Assembly: GCA_919902495.1 (NCBI GenBank)
Contig: CAKKRC010000012.1
Location: 4,714-68,713 of the forward strand
Direction: 5' to 3'
Origin: Nitrospiria bacterium
Lineage (GTDB): Bacteria > Nitrospirota > UBA9217
DNA: 64,000 nt
Below are positions 38,848 through 48,548 of this stretch, one piece after another. The notes under the pieces are model-generated. The model was not told the DNA's origin. It worked only from the letters and a program-made list of their open reading frames with translations, and searched no databases. Position 1 is the stretch's first letter. Each line of letters begins with the position of its first letter. Both the position numbers and the translations under genes were made by a program.

Positions 38848-40341
38848 GTGAGCGATCAGCCCGTCATCATCCCCCGATCAGACCATCCTATCTCCCGCAA
38901 GTGGATCAGCCAGAACGCAATCCGGGTACTGTACCGCCTCAAGGAGTCGGGCCATCTTGCGTACCTGGTCGGCGGCGGGGTTCGCGACCTTCTCCTTGGC
39001 CGGGAGCCCAAGGACTTCGACATTGCCACCGACGCCAAGCCGAACGAGATCAAGAAGATCTTCCGGAACTGCCGGCTCATCGGCAGGAGGTTCCGGCTCG
39101 CCCATATCCACTTCCATGACGAGATCATCGAGGTGGCCACCTTCCGTTCGAACATCACCGATGAGGAGTCTGCTGTCGAGACGGCGGTCAACGTTGACGC
39201 GGGAGCATCGGCGTCAATGCAGGCCATCGCTCGAACGGAGACCGCTGTGCCGGATACCGTTCTTCCCGGATCCACGAACTCCGCTGAGGTCCACGGCCCC
39301 GTTCCTTCCGAGCGGCCGCGTCCGCCGCGCATGCTCAAGTCCGGCGACGGCATGATACTCAGGGACAATGTTTTCGGCACCCCCGAGCAGGACGCGATCC
39401 GGCGCGACTTCACGGTGAACGCCCTGTTCTACGGCATCGTCGATTATGCCGTCATCGACTACGTGGGCGGGATGGACGACCTCCAGAAAGGGCTCATTCG
39501 CATCATCGGCGACCCCGTGGTCCGGTTCACCGAGGACCCGGTGCGCATGGTCCGCGCCGTGCGGTTCGCCGCGGTGCTGGGTTTTGAGATCGAGGCAAGG
39601 ACGTACGAGGCCCTGCTCGATCACAAGGACAAGATCGCCCTGGCCTCGCCCGCCCGCATGTACGAAGAAGTGCAGAAGCTCTTCCTCCTGGGTGAGGGCG
39701 AAAAAACGTTCCAGATGCTCCGTCACACCGGCATGTTCGGCGTCCTGTTCCCGCACATCAACGCGTGGATCGACACGGAGGAGGAAGGGTTCCCCCATAC
39801 CTGGGTGGGCAAGGCCCTGGAGTGGGTGGACACCTGTGTACAGGCTGGACGGAAGGTCCAACCCCATATCCTCTTCTGCCTCATGTTCGGCCCGTATGTC
39901 GAAATGAAGGCGGCGGGTCTGCGGTCGGGAGGCATGGCGCCGCTCGATGCGCTGGATGCGGCCGTGGTGGAGTTCCTCGCCGAGATCGTTCCCCGCGTGC
40001 AGGTGCCGCGCAAGGTAGCCCTTGCCATCAGGGAGATCCTCTGGAACCAGGGGCGGTTCGAGAAGACGCAGGGGAAGGCCCCCCTGTATTTCCTGCGGCG
40101 GCCGGGTTTTGCGGACGCCTTCGAGTACCTGCGGTTCACGAGCGAGCTCACCGGCGAACGGCTTGAGCTTCGCGCATGGTGGAAGGAATTCTTCAAGGCC
40201 CATCCGCTGCAGCCCGGCGAGGCGGTTCCGGCGCAGGAGCGCAAGGCTGCCCCGTTGCAGGCCAAAGGGCCGGAGGGCCGGAAGCGGCGGAGGAGAAGGC
40301 CGGGCCGAAGCAGGCCGAAGCCGGGAGCGCCGAAAACGTAA
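38848..40341 (+). CDS. pcnB: Poly(A) polymerase I
   Basis: LVGGGVRDLLLG..PKDFDIAT, PAP signature LIGRRFRLAHI, RRDFT.NAL, EDPVRM.RA, Arg-rich tail. Confidence 0.95.
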   Translation: MSDQPVIIPRSDHPISRKWISQNAIRVLYRLKESGHLAYLVGGGVRDLLLGREPKDFDIATDAKPNEIKKIFRNCRLIGRRFRLAHIHFHDEIIEVATFRSNITDEESAVETAVNVDAGASASMQAIARTETAVPDTVLPGSTNSAEVHGPVPSERPRPPRMLKSGDGMILRDNVFGTPEQDAIRRDFTVNALFYGIVDYAVIDYVGGMDDLQKGLIRIIGDPVVRFTEDPVRMVRAVRFAAVLGFEIEARTYEALLDHKDKIALASPARMYEEVQKLFLLGEGEKTFQMLRHTGMFGVLFPHINAWIDTEEEGFPHTWVGKALEWVDTCVQAGRKVQPHILFCLMFGPYVEMKAAGLRSGGMAPLDALDAAVVEFLAEIVPRVQVPRKVALAIREILWNQGRFEKTQGKAPLYFLRRPGFADAFEYLRFTSELTGERLELRAWWKEFFKAHPLQPGEAVPAQERKAAPLQAKGPEGRKRRRRRPGRSRPKPGAPKT

Positions 40342-40359
40342 ACTCTGAATGTGACCCTC

Positions 40360-41094
40360 ATGTCCAAACCCCCTCGTTTCTTCATAACACCCGACCAGGT
40401 CCGCGACCCCTATATTACCGTTGTCGATGATGATGTACGGCACATCGGCGCGGTCCTGCGGAAGCAGCCCGGCGACCTGCTGACGCTCCTCGACGGGCAG
40501 GGGAAGGAGTACACGGTCAGGATAACGGCGATCGAGAAGACCGAGATCGACACCGAGATCGTGGACCGGAGAGAACGCAAGCCGCTCTCTCCCATGATCA
40601 TCCTGGGCCAGGGCCTGCCCAAGTCAGACAAGATGGACTGGATCGTGCAGAAGGCCACGGAGCTGGGCGTCTCGTCCCTCGCGCCCATTGTCACCGAGCG
40701 GACCATCCTGAAGGTCAAGGACGAGGAGAAACGCGTTGCCCGGTGGCAGAAGATCGCCCGGGAGGCGGCCATGCAGTGCGACCGGCCGGACATCCCGCAG
40801 GTAAAAACCATCCGTTCGTTCAGCACATTCATCCGTACCCTTGCCCCCGGCCCCCAGACATTGCTTCTTCTTCCCTGGGAGGAGGGGACCGAGCCGGTCA
40901 AGAACGTCCTCCGGGGGCAGAAAGATCTGAAGCACGTCGTTGTCCTTATCGGACCCGAAGGCGGGTTCTCGCAGGCCGAAGCCGACGCTGCCAAAGAGAA
41001 GGGCTTCCATCTCGTGAGCCTCGGTCCGAACATCCTGCGCACCGAGACCGCTGCCATCGCGGTACTTTCCATTATCGGGTATGAGTTGCATTGA
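40360..41094 (+). CDS. rsmE: 16S rRNA m3U1498 methyltransferase
   Basis: H...VLR, QKATELG, EAA.Q, IGPEGGFS, SLGPNILRTETA. Confidence 0.96.
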   Translation: MSKPPRFFITPDQVRDPYITVVDDDVRHIGAVLRKQPGDLLTLLDGQGKEYTVRITAIEKTEIDTEIVDRRERKPLSPMIILGQGLPKSDKMDWIVQKATELGVSSLAPIVTERTILKVKDEEKRVARWQKIAREAAMQCDRPDIPQVKTIRSFSTFIRTLAPGPQTLLLLPWEEGTEPVKNVLRGQKDLKHVVVLIGPEGGFSQAEADAAKEKGFHLVSLGPNILRTETAAIAVLSIIGYELH

Positions 41095-41133
41095 GCCGAC
41101 ATCCGTCCTGTATTTACCAAAACGTGGATGATG

Positions 41134-41162
41134 TTGACAAATAAATATTTCGCCATTATAGT
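41134..41162 (+). promoter_or_regulatory. sigma70-type promoter of TA locus
   Basis: TTGACA-17nt-TATAGT. Confidence 0.75.
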
Positions 41163-41189
41163 ACTTCCAGCATACGGTAAGGAGTTGCC

Positions 41190-41459
41190 ATGCCTACCAT
41201 TTCGATGTTTTATGGCATTATCATTTTCATGTACTTCTATGACAACAAGAAGCACAGGCTTCCTCATATACATGCAGCATATGGTGACGAAGAGGCGGTC
41301 CTGTCTATAGAAGATGGAGAAGTTCTGGAGGGCAGTATTCCGCGGAATAAGCTGCGTCTGGTTCAGGCCTGGATCGAGATCCATCGCGACGACCTTATGA
41401 CTGATTGGAAACTGGCGGTCAATGGGCAAAATCCGATGCCGATCAAACCATTGGAGTAA
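41190..41459 (+). CDS. DUF4160 protein (DhiT-like putative toxin)
   Basis: MPTISMFYGI.I.MY...H..PHIHA.Y...W...H...L...W. Confidence 0.92.
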   Translation: MPTISMFYGIIIFMYFYDNKKHRLPHIHAAYGDEEAVLSIEDGEVLEGSIPRNKLRLVQAWIEIHRDDLMTDWKLAVNGQNPMPIKPLE

Positions 41460-41463
41460 GACC

Positions 41464-41709
41464 ATGAAAAAAGTGATAGGCGTTAAGCCGCTCGAAGAGA
41501 AGATGCTGTCAGTGACCTTCTCCGACGGGGCAACCGGCGTATTTGATGTTTCACCGTATATTCGAAGTGACTTCTTTAAACGGCTGGAAGACGAGGCATA
41601 CTTCAAGCAAGTGCGTTTGTTTTTCAGCGGGGTAGGATGGCCCGATGGCCAGGACCTGGGACCGGATACGATCGCTGCGGAATTGCGAACGCCGGTAGAG
41701 AGTCGATGA
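41464..41709 (+). CDS. DUF2442 protein (DhiA-like putative antitoxin)
   Basis: V.PL....L...FSDG..G.FD, F..V, V.WP.G.DL.P. Confidence 0.9.
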   Translation: MKKVIGVKPLEEKMLSVTFSDGATGVFDVSPYIRSDFFKRLEDEAYFKQVRLFFSGVGWPDGQDLGPDTIAAELRTPVESR

Positions 41710-41710
41710 G

Positions 41711-41989
41711 ATGATGAGCGACCTTAAGAAATACATTGCTGCGCGGAAAAAGAACGATAAGAACTTTGCCAAAGGTTACGATGATAGATACGAACAGTTC
41801 AAGGTCGGTGTTCTCCTCCGGGAGGCGCGCCAAGCCGCGGGCCTGACCCAGGAAGAACTGGCGCGGCGGCTGAAGACGAAAAAGACCGCAATATCACGGA
41901 TTGAGAACCATGCCGAAGACATAAAACTGTCAACACTGGAGCGCGTTGCCGGAGCACTTGGCAAACGGCTGCATGTGAGCATTGCATAA
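41711..41989 (+). CDS. XRE-family HTH protein (HigA-like orphan antitoxin)
   Basis: L.EAR..AGLTQEELA..L.TKK.AISRIEN...DI.LSTL..VA.ALG. Confidence 0.9.
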   Translation: MMSDLKKYIAARKKNDKNFAKGYDDRYEQFKVGVLLREARQAAGLTQEELARRLKTKKTAISRIENHAEDIKLSTLERVAGALGKRLHVSIA

Positions 41990-42138
41990 TTATGGACCTG
42001 TCTTATCGGTCCAATCGATGCTATCCGCTTAAACGTGCGATAGTCGCTGATCACAATTATACAAGCTGTTTCAGGAGCTCCCAAGTATTGTTCGTTAGGC
42101 CGTTTGTCCGTAATTCTCGTTACTTTGAGGAGGAGAAC

Positions 42139-42580
42139 ATGAGAAATATTGATAAAGGAATGTCTTTGATCGGCCTGATGGTTTGCGCAGCTTTCATTGC
42201 TGCCTGCGGCGGTGGGGGTGGCAGTACGCCTCCTGCCACGAACACCGGATCGGGTTCAGTTGCTGTTACGATAAATAACAGCGGCGATGGAACAGGAAAG
42301 TCGGGCGATCTCCGAGTCACGGTAAAGACCTGCGGTGGCGGGGGAGCGACCCTTGGCAGCGCTCCCCGCACAGACGCTGAGCGCGGGGGTGCCGATATCT
42401 ATTACGACGATCACGAGCATACCAGCAGGGACAGCGTGCGTTACTGCATATCTTGATGTCAATACGAATACAAAACTCGATACCGGCGATATCAGCCCTT
42501 TGAGCGGCGAGACCTCTGTGGTAATCAGTTCTGGGGGAACAACATCAACTTCGATTGACCTGAATCAGATACAACCGTGA
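42139..42580 (+). pseudogene. Frameshifted lipoprotein gene (or sequencing error)
   Basis: GAGGAGG RBS and lipobox IAAC+GGGGG. The beta-rich continuation (PAQTLSAG...AYLDVN...) lies in the +1 frame after ~42340-42368. Confidence 0.65.
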
Positions 42581-42641
42581 GGTTCATAGCCCTGCACTCG
42601 CTTACAGGAGTGCAGGGATCCGCTTCCTTCCGGTATTTCCC

Positions 42642-42671
42642 TTGACACCCCAACATCTTGAATGTTAATAT
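42642..42671 (+). promoter_or_regulatory. sigma70-type promoter of rpiB-glyA operon
   Basis: TTGACA-18nt-TAATAT with extended -10 TG. Confidence 0.6.
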
Positions 42672-42710
42672 CATCTCCTTCTACATGCAGGGGAAAGGAC
42701 GTTTGGCGAC

Positions 42711-43157
42711 ATGAAACTGGCCATTGGCGCGGACCACGGCGGCTATATATTGAAGAAAGAGATCGTTGATTTCCTCAGCAAGATCGGGAACATCGAGGTC
42801 GCTGACTACGGCACGTCCGGTCCCGAATCCGTGGACTACCCGGACTACGGCAGGAAGGTGTCCGAAGCCGTATCGAACGGCACGGTGGACCGGGGAATCC
42901 TCATCTGCGGGACGGGGATCGGCATGTCCATTGTGGCCAACCGGTACCCAAAAGTACGCGCCGCGCTCTGCCATGACAACTTTACGGCGCGGATGAGCCG
43001 CCTGCACAATGACGCCAATGTCCTGGTGATGGGCGAGCGGGTCATCGGCAGGGGTGTTGCCCTGGACATCGTCAAGGTCTGGCTCGAGACCGAGTTCGAA
43101 GGAAGCCGGCACGCGCGTAGGTTGCAGAAGATCGAAGAACTCCGGCCAGGGAAATAG
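42711..43157 (+). CDS. rpiB: Ribose-5-phosphate isomerase B
   Basis: IGADHGG, SVDYPDY, ICGTGIGM, HNDAN, FEG.RH.RR. Confidence 0.97.
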   Translation: MKLAIGADHGGYILKKEIVDFLSKIGNIEVADYGTSGPESVDYPDYGRKVSEAVSNGTVDRGILICGTGIGMSIVANRYPKVRAALCHDNFTARMSRLHNDANVLVMGERVIGRGVALDIVKVWLETEFEGSRHARRLQKIEELRPGK

Positions 43158-43186
43158 AATATCATAAACCGAAAAAGAGCTGTTGA

Positions 43187-43293
43187 AACCACGGGAGCTT
43201 CGCTCACACGGGGCTTCGCCACACGGCGAAAATCATTGACGAGAGGTTCTCTCAGTGTGTGCGGCGGCGCCGCACCCGTGTTCATCTGTGGTT
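43187..43293. repeat. Inverted ACACGG-repeat element with nested mini-hairpins
   Basis: AACCACGG[GAGCttcGCTC]ACACGG[GGCttcGCC]ACACGG ... CAGTGT[GTGCGGCGgCGCCGCAC]CCGTGT-TCAT-CTGTGGTT. Confidence 0.8.
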
Positions 43294-43324
43294 GCAGGTT
43301 TCTTCGGGTGCAAAGGAACAGATC

Positions 43325-44578
43325 ATGTCGGAACTGAGAGATACGGACATCGAAGTTTACAACGCCATCCAGAACGAGGAAAAGCGCGAGCTTGAGAAGA
43401 TCCTGCTGATCGCTTCGGAGAACTGCGTGAGCAAGGCGGTCCTGGAGGCGCAGGGTTCGGTGTTCACAAACAAATACGCCGAAGGCTACCCCAACCGTCG
43501 CTACTACGGCGGCTGCGAGTACGCCGATATCGTGGAGTCGCTGGCCATCGAACGGGCGAAGCAGCTCTTCGGCTGCGAGCATGTGAACGTGCAGCCCCAC
43601 TCCGGCTCCTCGGCGAACATGGCGGTCTATTTCAGCGTGCTCCAGCCAGGGGACACCATCCTCGGCATGGCGCTGCCCCATGGCGGCCACCTGACGCACG
43701 GCGCGTCGGTGAGCTTCTCGGGCCAGCTCTACAAATCCTTCTCCTATCATGTGGACAAGAAGACCGAGCTGCTCGACTACGACGAGCTGGAACGGCTCGC
43801 GGTGGAGCATAAGCCCAAGATGATCGTGGCCGGCTACAGCGCCTATTCGCGGATCCTCGACTTCGCCCGGTTCCGCAAGATCGCCGACAAGGTCGGCGCG
43901 TATCTCATGGCCGACATCGCCCACATCTCCGGCCTCGTGGCCGCGGGCGAACATCCCAGCCCGGTGCCCTATGCCGACTTCGTCACCACGACGACCCATA
44001 AGACGCTGCGGGGACCGCGCGGCGGCATGATCATGTGCCGCGAGAAGTTCGCCAAGGCTGTGGACAAGGTCATCTTCCCGGGCATCCAGGGCGGCCCGCT
44101 CGTGCACGTTATCGCCGCAAAGGCGGTCTCCTTCAAGGAAGCGCTCATGCCGGAGTTCAAGGAGTACCAGCGCCAGGTCATCAAGAACGCGAAGGCGCTT
44201 GCGAAGCGGCTTACCGAGGACGGCTTCCGCATCGTCTCCGGCGGCACGGACAACCACCTGATGCTCGTGGACCTGACGTCCAAGAACATCACGGGGCGTG
44301 ACGCCGAGACAGCCCTCGACGCAGCCGGCATCACGGTGAACAAGAACAGCATTCCCTGGGACCAGAAGCCGCCGGTGACCACGAGCGGCATCCGGCTCGG
44401 TACGCCGCTGGTAACGACGCGCGGCATGCGTGAGCCCGAAATGAAGGTCATCGGCGACCTGGTCTGCGAGACGCTTGCGAACATCAGCGATGCCGGGAAG
44501 CTCGCGGCCCTCAAGGAGCGCACGAAGCAGTTCTGCGCCAAGTATCCCATGTTCGCCATGGACAAGGCGGCGGTGTAG
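43325..44578 (+). CDS. glyA: Serine hydroxymethyltransferase
   Basis: [46 protein letters not shown]. Confidence 0.98.
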   Translation: MSELRDTDIEVYNAIQNEEKRELEKILLIASENCVSKAVLEAQGSVFTNKYAEGYPNRRYYGGCEYADIVESLAIERAKQLFGCEHVNVQPHSGSSANMAVYFSVLQPGDTILGMALPHGGHLTHGASVSFSGQLYKSFSYHVDKKTELLDYDELERLAVEHKPKMIVAGYSAYSRILDFARFRKIADKVGAYLMADIAHISGLVAAGEHPSPVPYADFVTTTTHKTLRGPRGGMIMCREKFAKAVDKVIFPGIQGGPLVHVIAAKAVSFKEALMPEFKEYQRQVIKNAKALAKRLTEDGFRIVSGGTDNHLMLVDLTSKNITGRDAETALDAAGITVNKNSIPWDQKPPVTTSGIRLGTPLVTTRGMREPEMKVIGDLVCETLANISDAGKLAALKERTKQFCAKYPMFAMDKAAV

Positions 44579-44589
44579 TATCTGAATTC

Positions 44590-44689
44590 ATTGTAAAGTG
44601 CAAATTGTAAACAGTAAATTGTAAAGGTGTGGAGTTTTACAGGTTATTTAAAATTTACATTTTCCAATCTGCAATTTGATATTTCCAAT
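44590..44689. repeat. Inverted heptamer array (ATTGYAA x5 / TTRCAAT x5)
   Basis: attgtaa agtgcaa attgtaa acagtaa attgtaa ... ttacatt ttccaat ctgcaat ttgatat ttccaat. Confidence 0.85.
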
Positions 44690-44692
44690 TCT

Positions 44693-45148
44693 ATGGTTAT
44701 GACAAGACCGGCCTGGGACGAGTACTTCATGGAGATCGCGCACCTGGTGAAGAAGCGCGCGACCTGCCTGCGCCGGCAGGTGGGCGCGGTGCTCGTTAAG
44801 GACAAGAACATCCTGGCGACCGGATACAACGGCTCGCCGTCGGGCATCGAGCACTGCCTCACGCGCGGGTGCCTTCGTGAACAAATGGGCATCCCCTCGG
44901 GCGAACGCCACGAGATCTGCCGGGGCCTCCACGCCGAGCAGAACGCCATCATTCAGGCGGCGAAGCACGGCACGAACATCGACGGCGCGACCCTCTACTG
45001 TACGAACCAGCCCTGCGGCATCTGCGCCAAGATGATCATCAACGCGGGCATCAAAAAACTTATCTTCGATGACGGGTATCCCGACCAGCTGGCGGCGGAG
45101 ATGATCAAGGAATCGGGACTCGAGGTCGTGCAGTACAAGAAAAGCTGA
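44693..45148 (+). CDS. dCMP deaminase (ComEB-like)
   Basis: [31 protein letters not shown]. Confidence 0.95.
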   Translation: MVMTRPAWDEYFMEIAHLVKKRATCLRRQVGAVLVKDKNILATGYNGSPSGIEHCLTRGCLREQMGIPSGERHEICRGLHAEQNAIIQAAKHGTNIDGATLYCTNQPCGICAKMIINAGIKKLIFDDGYPDQLAAEMIKESGLEVVQYKKS

Positions 45149-45153
45149 AAGAG

Positions 45154-45254
45154 ATTGTAAAATGCAAATTGTAAATTGGAAATTGCAAAATGGTAAGGAC
45201 GGAATGTAGCCTTGCTGTTTTGCGATTTACAATTTGATATTTGCAATTTGCAAA
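45154..45254. repeat. Inverted heptamer array (ATTGYAA x6 / TTRCAAT x5)
   Basis: attgtaa aatgcaa attgtaa attggaa attgcaa aatggta ... ttgcgat ttacaat ttgatat ttgcaat ttgcaaa. Confidence 0.85.
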
Positions 45255-45268
45255 GAGGTCAAGTTCTC

Positions 45269-45766
45269 ATGCGCTGCCCCTACTGCTCCAGTGTTGACAA
45301 CAAGGTGGTGGATTCCCGGATGGGGAAGGAAGGCGAGACCATCCGCCGTCGGAGGGAGTGCCTCAAGTGCGAGGGCCGCTTCACCACCTACGAACGCGTC
45401 GAGGAGATCCTGCCGTCGGTCATCAAGAAGGATGGACGCCGCGAACCCTATGATCGCCTGAAGATCCTGCACGGGCTCACCAAGGCCTGCGAGAAGCGCC
45501 CTATCAGCGTTGAGGTCCTCGAAAAGTCCGTGGACGACATCGAGAAGTCCCTGCAGGAAAAGGGCTACAAGGAGATCCCGAGCAAGGCCATCGGCGAAGA
45601 AGTGATGAACCGCCTTCACAACCTCGACGAGGTCGCCTATGTCCGGTTCGCGTCGGTCTACCGTTCCTTCAAGGACATCAACGAATTCATGAGCGAGCTC
45701 AAGGACATCCTGAATGAGAAGGAAGTGAAGGTCCCTCAGAAGCCGGAAGCCAAGAGTCAGAAGTAA
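45269..45766 (+). CDS. nrdR: Transcriptional repressor NrdR
   Basis: MRCPYC, VVDSR, IRRRREC..C..RFTTYE, ATP cone, [11 protein letters not shown]. Confidence 0.98.
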   Translation: MRCPYCSSVDNKVVDSRMGKEGETIRRRRECLKCEGRFTTYERVEEILPSVIKKDGRREPYDRLKILHGLTKACEKRPISVEVLEKSVDDIEKSLQEKGYKEIPSKAIGEEVMNRLHNLDEVAYVRFASVYRSFKDINEFMSELKDILNEKEVKVPQKPEAKSQK

Positions 45767-45868
45767 GACCCCAGATGACAGACTACAGACCACAGATTAC
45801 AGACAACAGACAACAGATGGAGGATCTTGACCCAGTCTGCACTCTGACCGTCTGATGTCTGAAAGTCT
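45737..45868. repeat. Inverted heptamer array (CAGAnnn x12 / nnnTCTG x5) overlapping nrdR 3' end
   Basis: cagaagc cggaagc caagagt cagaagt aagaccc cagatga cagacta cagacca cagatta cagacaa cagacaa cagatgg ... cagtctg cactctg accgtctg atgtctg. Confidence 0.8.
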
Positions 45869-45872
45869 TCCC

Positions 45873-48047
45873 ATGCCTTCCTTCATCGTCGACATAGCAG
45901 TTCCCGTTTCCGTCCCCAAAACATTCCATTATCTCGCCCCCGAGGAGCTGAAAAGCTCGCTCGCTGTCGGTTCGCGCGTACTCGTCCCTTTCGGCAGCAG
46001 GCGGGTGACCGGAACGGTCGTCGGTTTTCCCTCCAGGTCCGACCAGGAAGGTCTAAAGATCATCATCGAGGTCCTGGGAGACCCGCTTTCGACGGACCTC
46101 ATCAAGCTCGCCCGCTGGATGGCGGACTACTACCTTCATCCCCTTGGCCTGTGCATCGAGACCATGGTGCCCGCAGCACTCGGCACCGCGAAGGTAAAAA
46201 AGAAAAAAAGCCTCGCTCTTTTGTCCGGCGATCACGATGTAAAAGCGATCAAGGGGCCGAAGCAGGCGGAGCTGCTCCTGCTCCTGTGCGGCCGCCAGCT
46301 GATTCCCTGGGAAGAGCTGGAAGGTTTTTCTCCCGCGACCATCAAGGCCCTGTGCGACAAAGGCATGGCGGAGATCGTCGAGAAGGCCGCTGAAGAAGCA
46401 GCGGGGTCCGGGGAATTCATCGCCGACCGGCCGCCGACGCTCATGCCCGAGCAGGAAGAGGCCGTGCGCACGATCGGGGCATCGGCCGCCGCGGGAGCGT
46501 TCGATGTTTTTCTGCTCCACGGGGTGACGGGGAGCGGCAAGACCGAGGTATATCTTCATTGCATCGCACGCCTCGCCGGAAGCGGCAAAGGCGCCATTGT
46601 GCTGGTCCCCGAGATCGCGCTCACGCCGCAGCTCCTCGGACGGTTCCGGAAGCGCTTCGGCAACCGTGTGGCCGTTCTGCATAGCGGCCTGACCGACCGG
46701 GAGCGGGCCGACGAGTACCGCCGCATCAGCGCGGGCCTCGTGGACGTGGCGATCGGCGCCCGGTCCGCCGTGTTCGCGCCGTTCCCGAGCCTGGGGCTCG
46801 TGGTCGTGGACGAGGAGCACGAGAATTCCTATAAACAGGACGAAGGCCTGCGCTACCATGCCCGCGACGTCGCGGTGATGCGCGCGAAGTTCCAGGACGC
46901 CGTTTGCGTCCTCGGCTCCGCCACACCGTCCCTGGAAAGTTTCTACAACGCCAGGGCCGGCAAGTACCGGTATCTTCCCATTACGAACCGCGTCGACCAC
47001 CGACCGATGCCGGAGGTGGAGATCATCGATGTCAAGGGTCTGCCCAGAGTGTCGGTCTATTCTCCTGACCTCATTTCCGCCGTGCAGCAGCGGCTGGACA
47101 AGAAGGAACAGACCCTGCTCCTTCTGAACCGCCGGGGATTCTCGTCGGTCCTGATCTGCGGCGACTGCGGCAAGGTCATCCAGTGCCCGAGCTGCAGCGT
47201 GTCCCTCACGTTCCACAAGAGCGAGCGCAGGCTCAAATGCCACTACTGCGATTTCCATATGCCGCCGCCTGCAACGTGCCCGGTGTGCGGCGGCATCAAC
47301 CTGAAGCCCCTCGGCACGGGGACGCAGAAGGTCGAAGAAGAGATCTCGGCGCTCTTCCCCGGCGCAGCCGTCGCCCGCATGGACAGCGACAATACGCGCG
47401 GCAGGGACTCCCATGACCGCCTGCTCGGACGGGTGGACCGGGGGGAGATCGACATCCTTCTGGGTACGCAGATGATCGCCAAGGGCCATGATTTTCCCGC
47501 CGTGACGCTGGTGGGCGCGGTGGATGCCGACGTGGGGCTGAATCTCCCGGACTTCCGGTCCGCCGAGAAGACCTTCCAGCTCATCACCCAGGCCGCGGGC
47601 AGGGCAGGGCGCGGCGCGATCGCGGGCGAAGTGATCATCCAGACGATGAACCCCGGACATTATGCCCTCAGGCACAGCATGACCCACGACTACGAGGGAT
47701 TCTACCGGGAGGAGATCGTCTACCGGAGCGAGCTCGGGTATCCGCCCGTCCGGAGGATCATCAAGATAGAGGTGAAGAGCAGCCAGGAGAAGATCGCGGC
47801 CGCGGCGGCCGTGACGGCACGGGACCGCATCCGCCACCTCCTCAAAGGAAAAGAGGCGGCGCTGCTCGGACCGGCGCCCTCGCCCATAGCAAAAGTGCGG
47901 GGCAAACACCGGTTCCAGATGCTCCTGCTGTCGCCGAAACGGGAAACGCTGCGCATGCTGGCCCTGGAGGCCCGCAAGGCGGTGGAGGAGAAGTACGGGC
48001 GGAAGGTCCAGGTGATCGTGGACGTGGATCCCGTGAATCTGATGTAG
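45873..48047 (+). CDS. priA: Primosomal protein N'
   Basis: G.RV.VPFG, GVTGSGKTEVY, DEEH, LGSATPSLES, two Zn-binding CxxC pairs, GTQMIAKGHDF, Q.AGRAGR. Confidence 0.97.
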   Translation: MPSFIVDIAVPVSVPKTFHYLAPEELKSSLAVGSRVLVPFGSRRVTGTVVGFPSRSDQEGLKIIIEVLGDPLSTDLIKLARWMADYYLHPLGLCIETMVPAALGTAKVKKKKSLALLSGDHDVKAIKGPKQAELLLLLCGRQLIPWEELEGFSPATIKALCDKGMAEIVEKAAEEAAGSGEFIADRPPTLMPEQEEAVRTIGASAAAGAFDVFLLHGVTGSGKTEVYLHCIARLAGSGKGAIVLVPEIALTPQLLGRFRKRFGNRVAVLHSGLTDRERADEYRRISAGLVDVAIGARSAVFAPFPSLGLVVVDEEHENSYKQDEGLRYHARDVAVMRAKFQDAVCVLGSATPSLESFYNARAGKYRYLPITNRVDHRPMPEVEIIDVKGLPRVSVYSPDLISAVQQRLDKKEQTLLLLNRRGFSSVLICGDCGKVIQCPSCSVSLTFHKSERRLKCHYCDFHMPPPATCPVCGGINLKPLGTGTQKVEEEISALFPGAAVARMDSDNTRGRDSHDRLLGRVDRGEIDILLGTQMIAKGHDFPAVTLVGAVDADVGLNLPDFRSAEKTFQLITQAAGRAGRGAIAGEVIIQTMNPGHYALRHSMTHDYEGFYREEIVYRSELGYPPVRRIIKIEVKSSQEKIAAAAAVTARDRIRHLLKGKEAALLGPAPSPIAKVRGKHRFQMLLLSPKRETLRMLALEARKAVEEKYGRKVQVIVDVDPVNLM

Positions 48048-48169
48048 TAAGACCCCGTTAACTTATTTTCCGACAGCCGTTTCGGCTTTACATTCCCCGT
48101 TGGTATATAGTATCCTCGAATCGCTCCTCAGCACGTCCAAGTACCATAGATAAATAAGCAATAATTCAT

Positions 48170-48219
48170 TAACCCCAGGGGTTATTTATATTGACAGCGG
48201 TTCGCGGCCATGCTACTAT
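48170..48219 (+). promoter_or_regulatory. Palindromic operator plus sigma70 promoter at higBA-like locus
   Basis: TAACCCC-A-GGGGTTA (48170-48184), then TTGACA-17nt-TACTAT (48191-48219). Confidence 0.6.
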
Positions 48220-48548
48220 CCTTTCACACCGGAAAATTCGAGAAGGAATGTAATGATCAGAAGGCCCTCACGCGCCGATGGGGGCCGGAGCAGGCGAAGC
48301 TCATCGCCCGCAGGCTCGCGGAACTTGAGGCCGCTGATAACCTCGAGGTCCTGCGATCATTACCCCAGGTCCGGGCCCATGAACTGAAAGGAAGCCGGGC
48401 CGGCCAGATATCGCTCGACGTGAAGCATCCCTACCGCCTGCTGATCGCCCCCGACTACGACGACCCGCCTTGCAAGAAGGATGGGGGCCTGGACTGGCAA
48501 AGAATAACGAAGATCAAGATCCTTGGAGTGACCAATACCCATGAGTAA
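48210..48548 (+). CDS. higB: HigB/RelE-family toxin (plasmid maintenance killer type)
   Basis: F...K.EK.CN, RL.EL.AA..L..L, HELKG.R.GQ.S.D.KHPYRL. Confidence 0.88.
   Translation: MLLSFHTGKFEKECNDQKALTRRWGPEQAKLIARRLAELEAADNLEVLRSLPQVRAHELKGSRAGQISLDVKHPYRLLIAPDYDDPPCKKDGGLDWQRITKIKILGVTNTHE

Noticed and set aside
44590-45868. Periodic repeats as a CRISPR array
   Set aside because: The units are 7 nt, degenerate and inverted, with no 25-40 nt repeats, unique spacers or cas genes.
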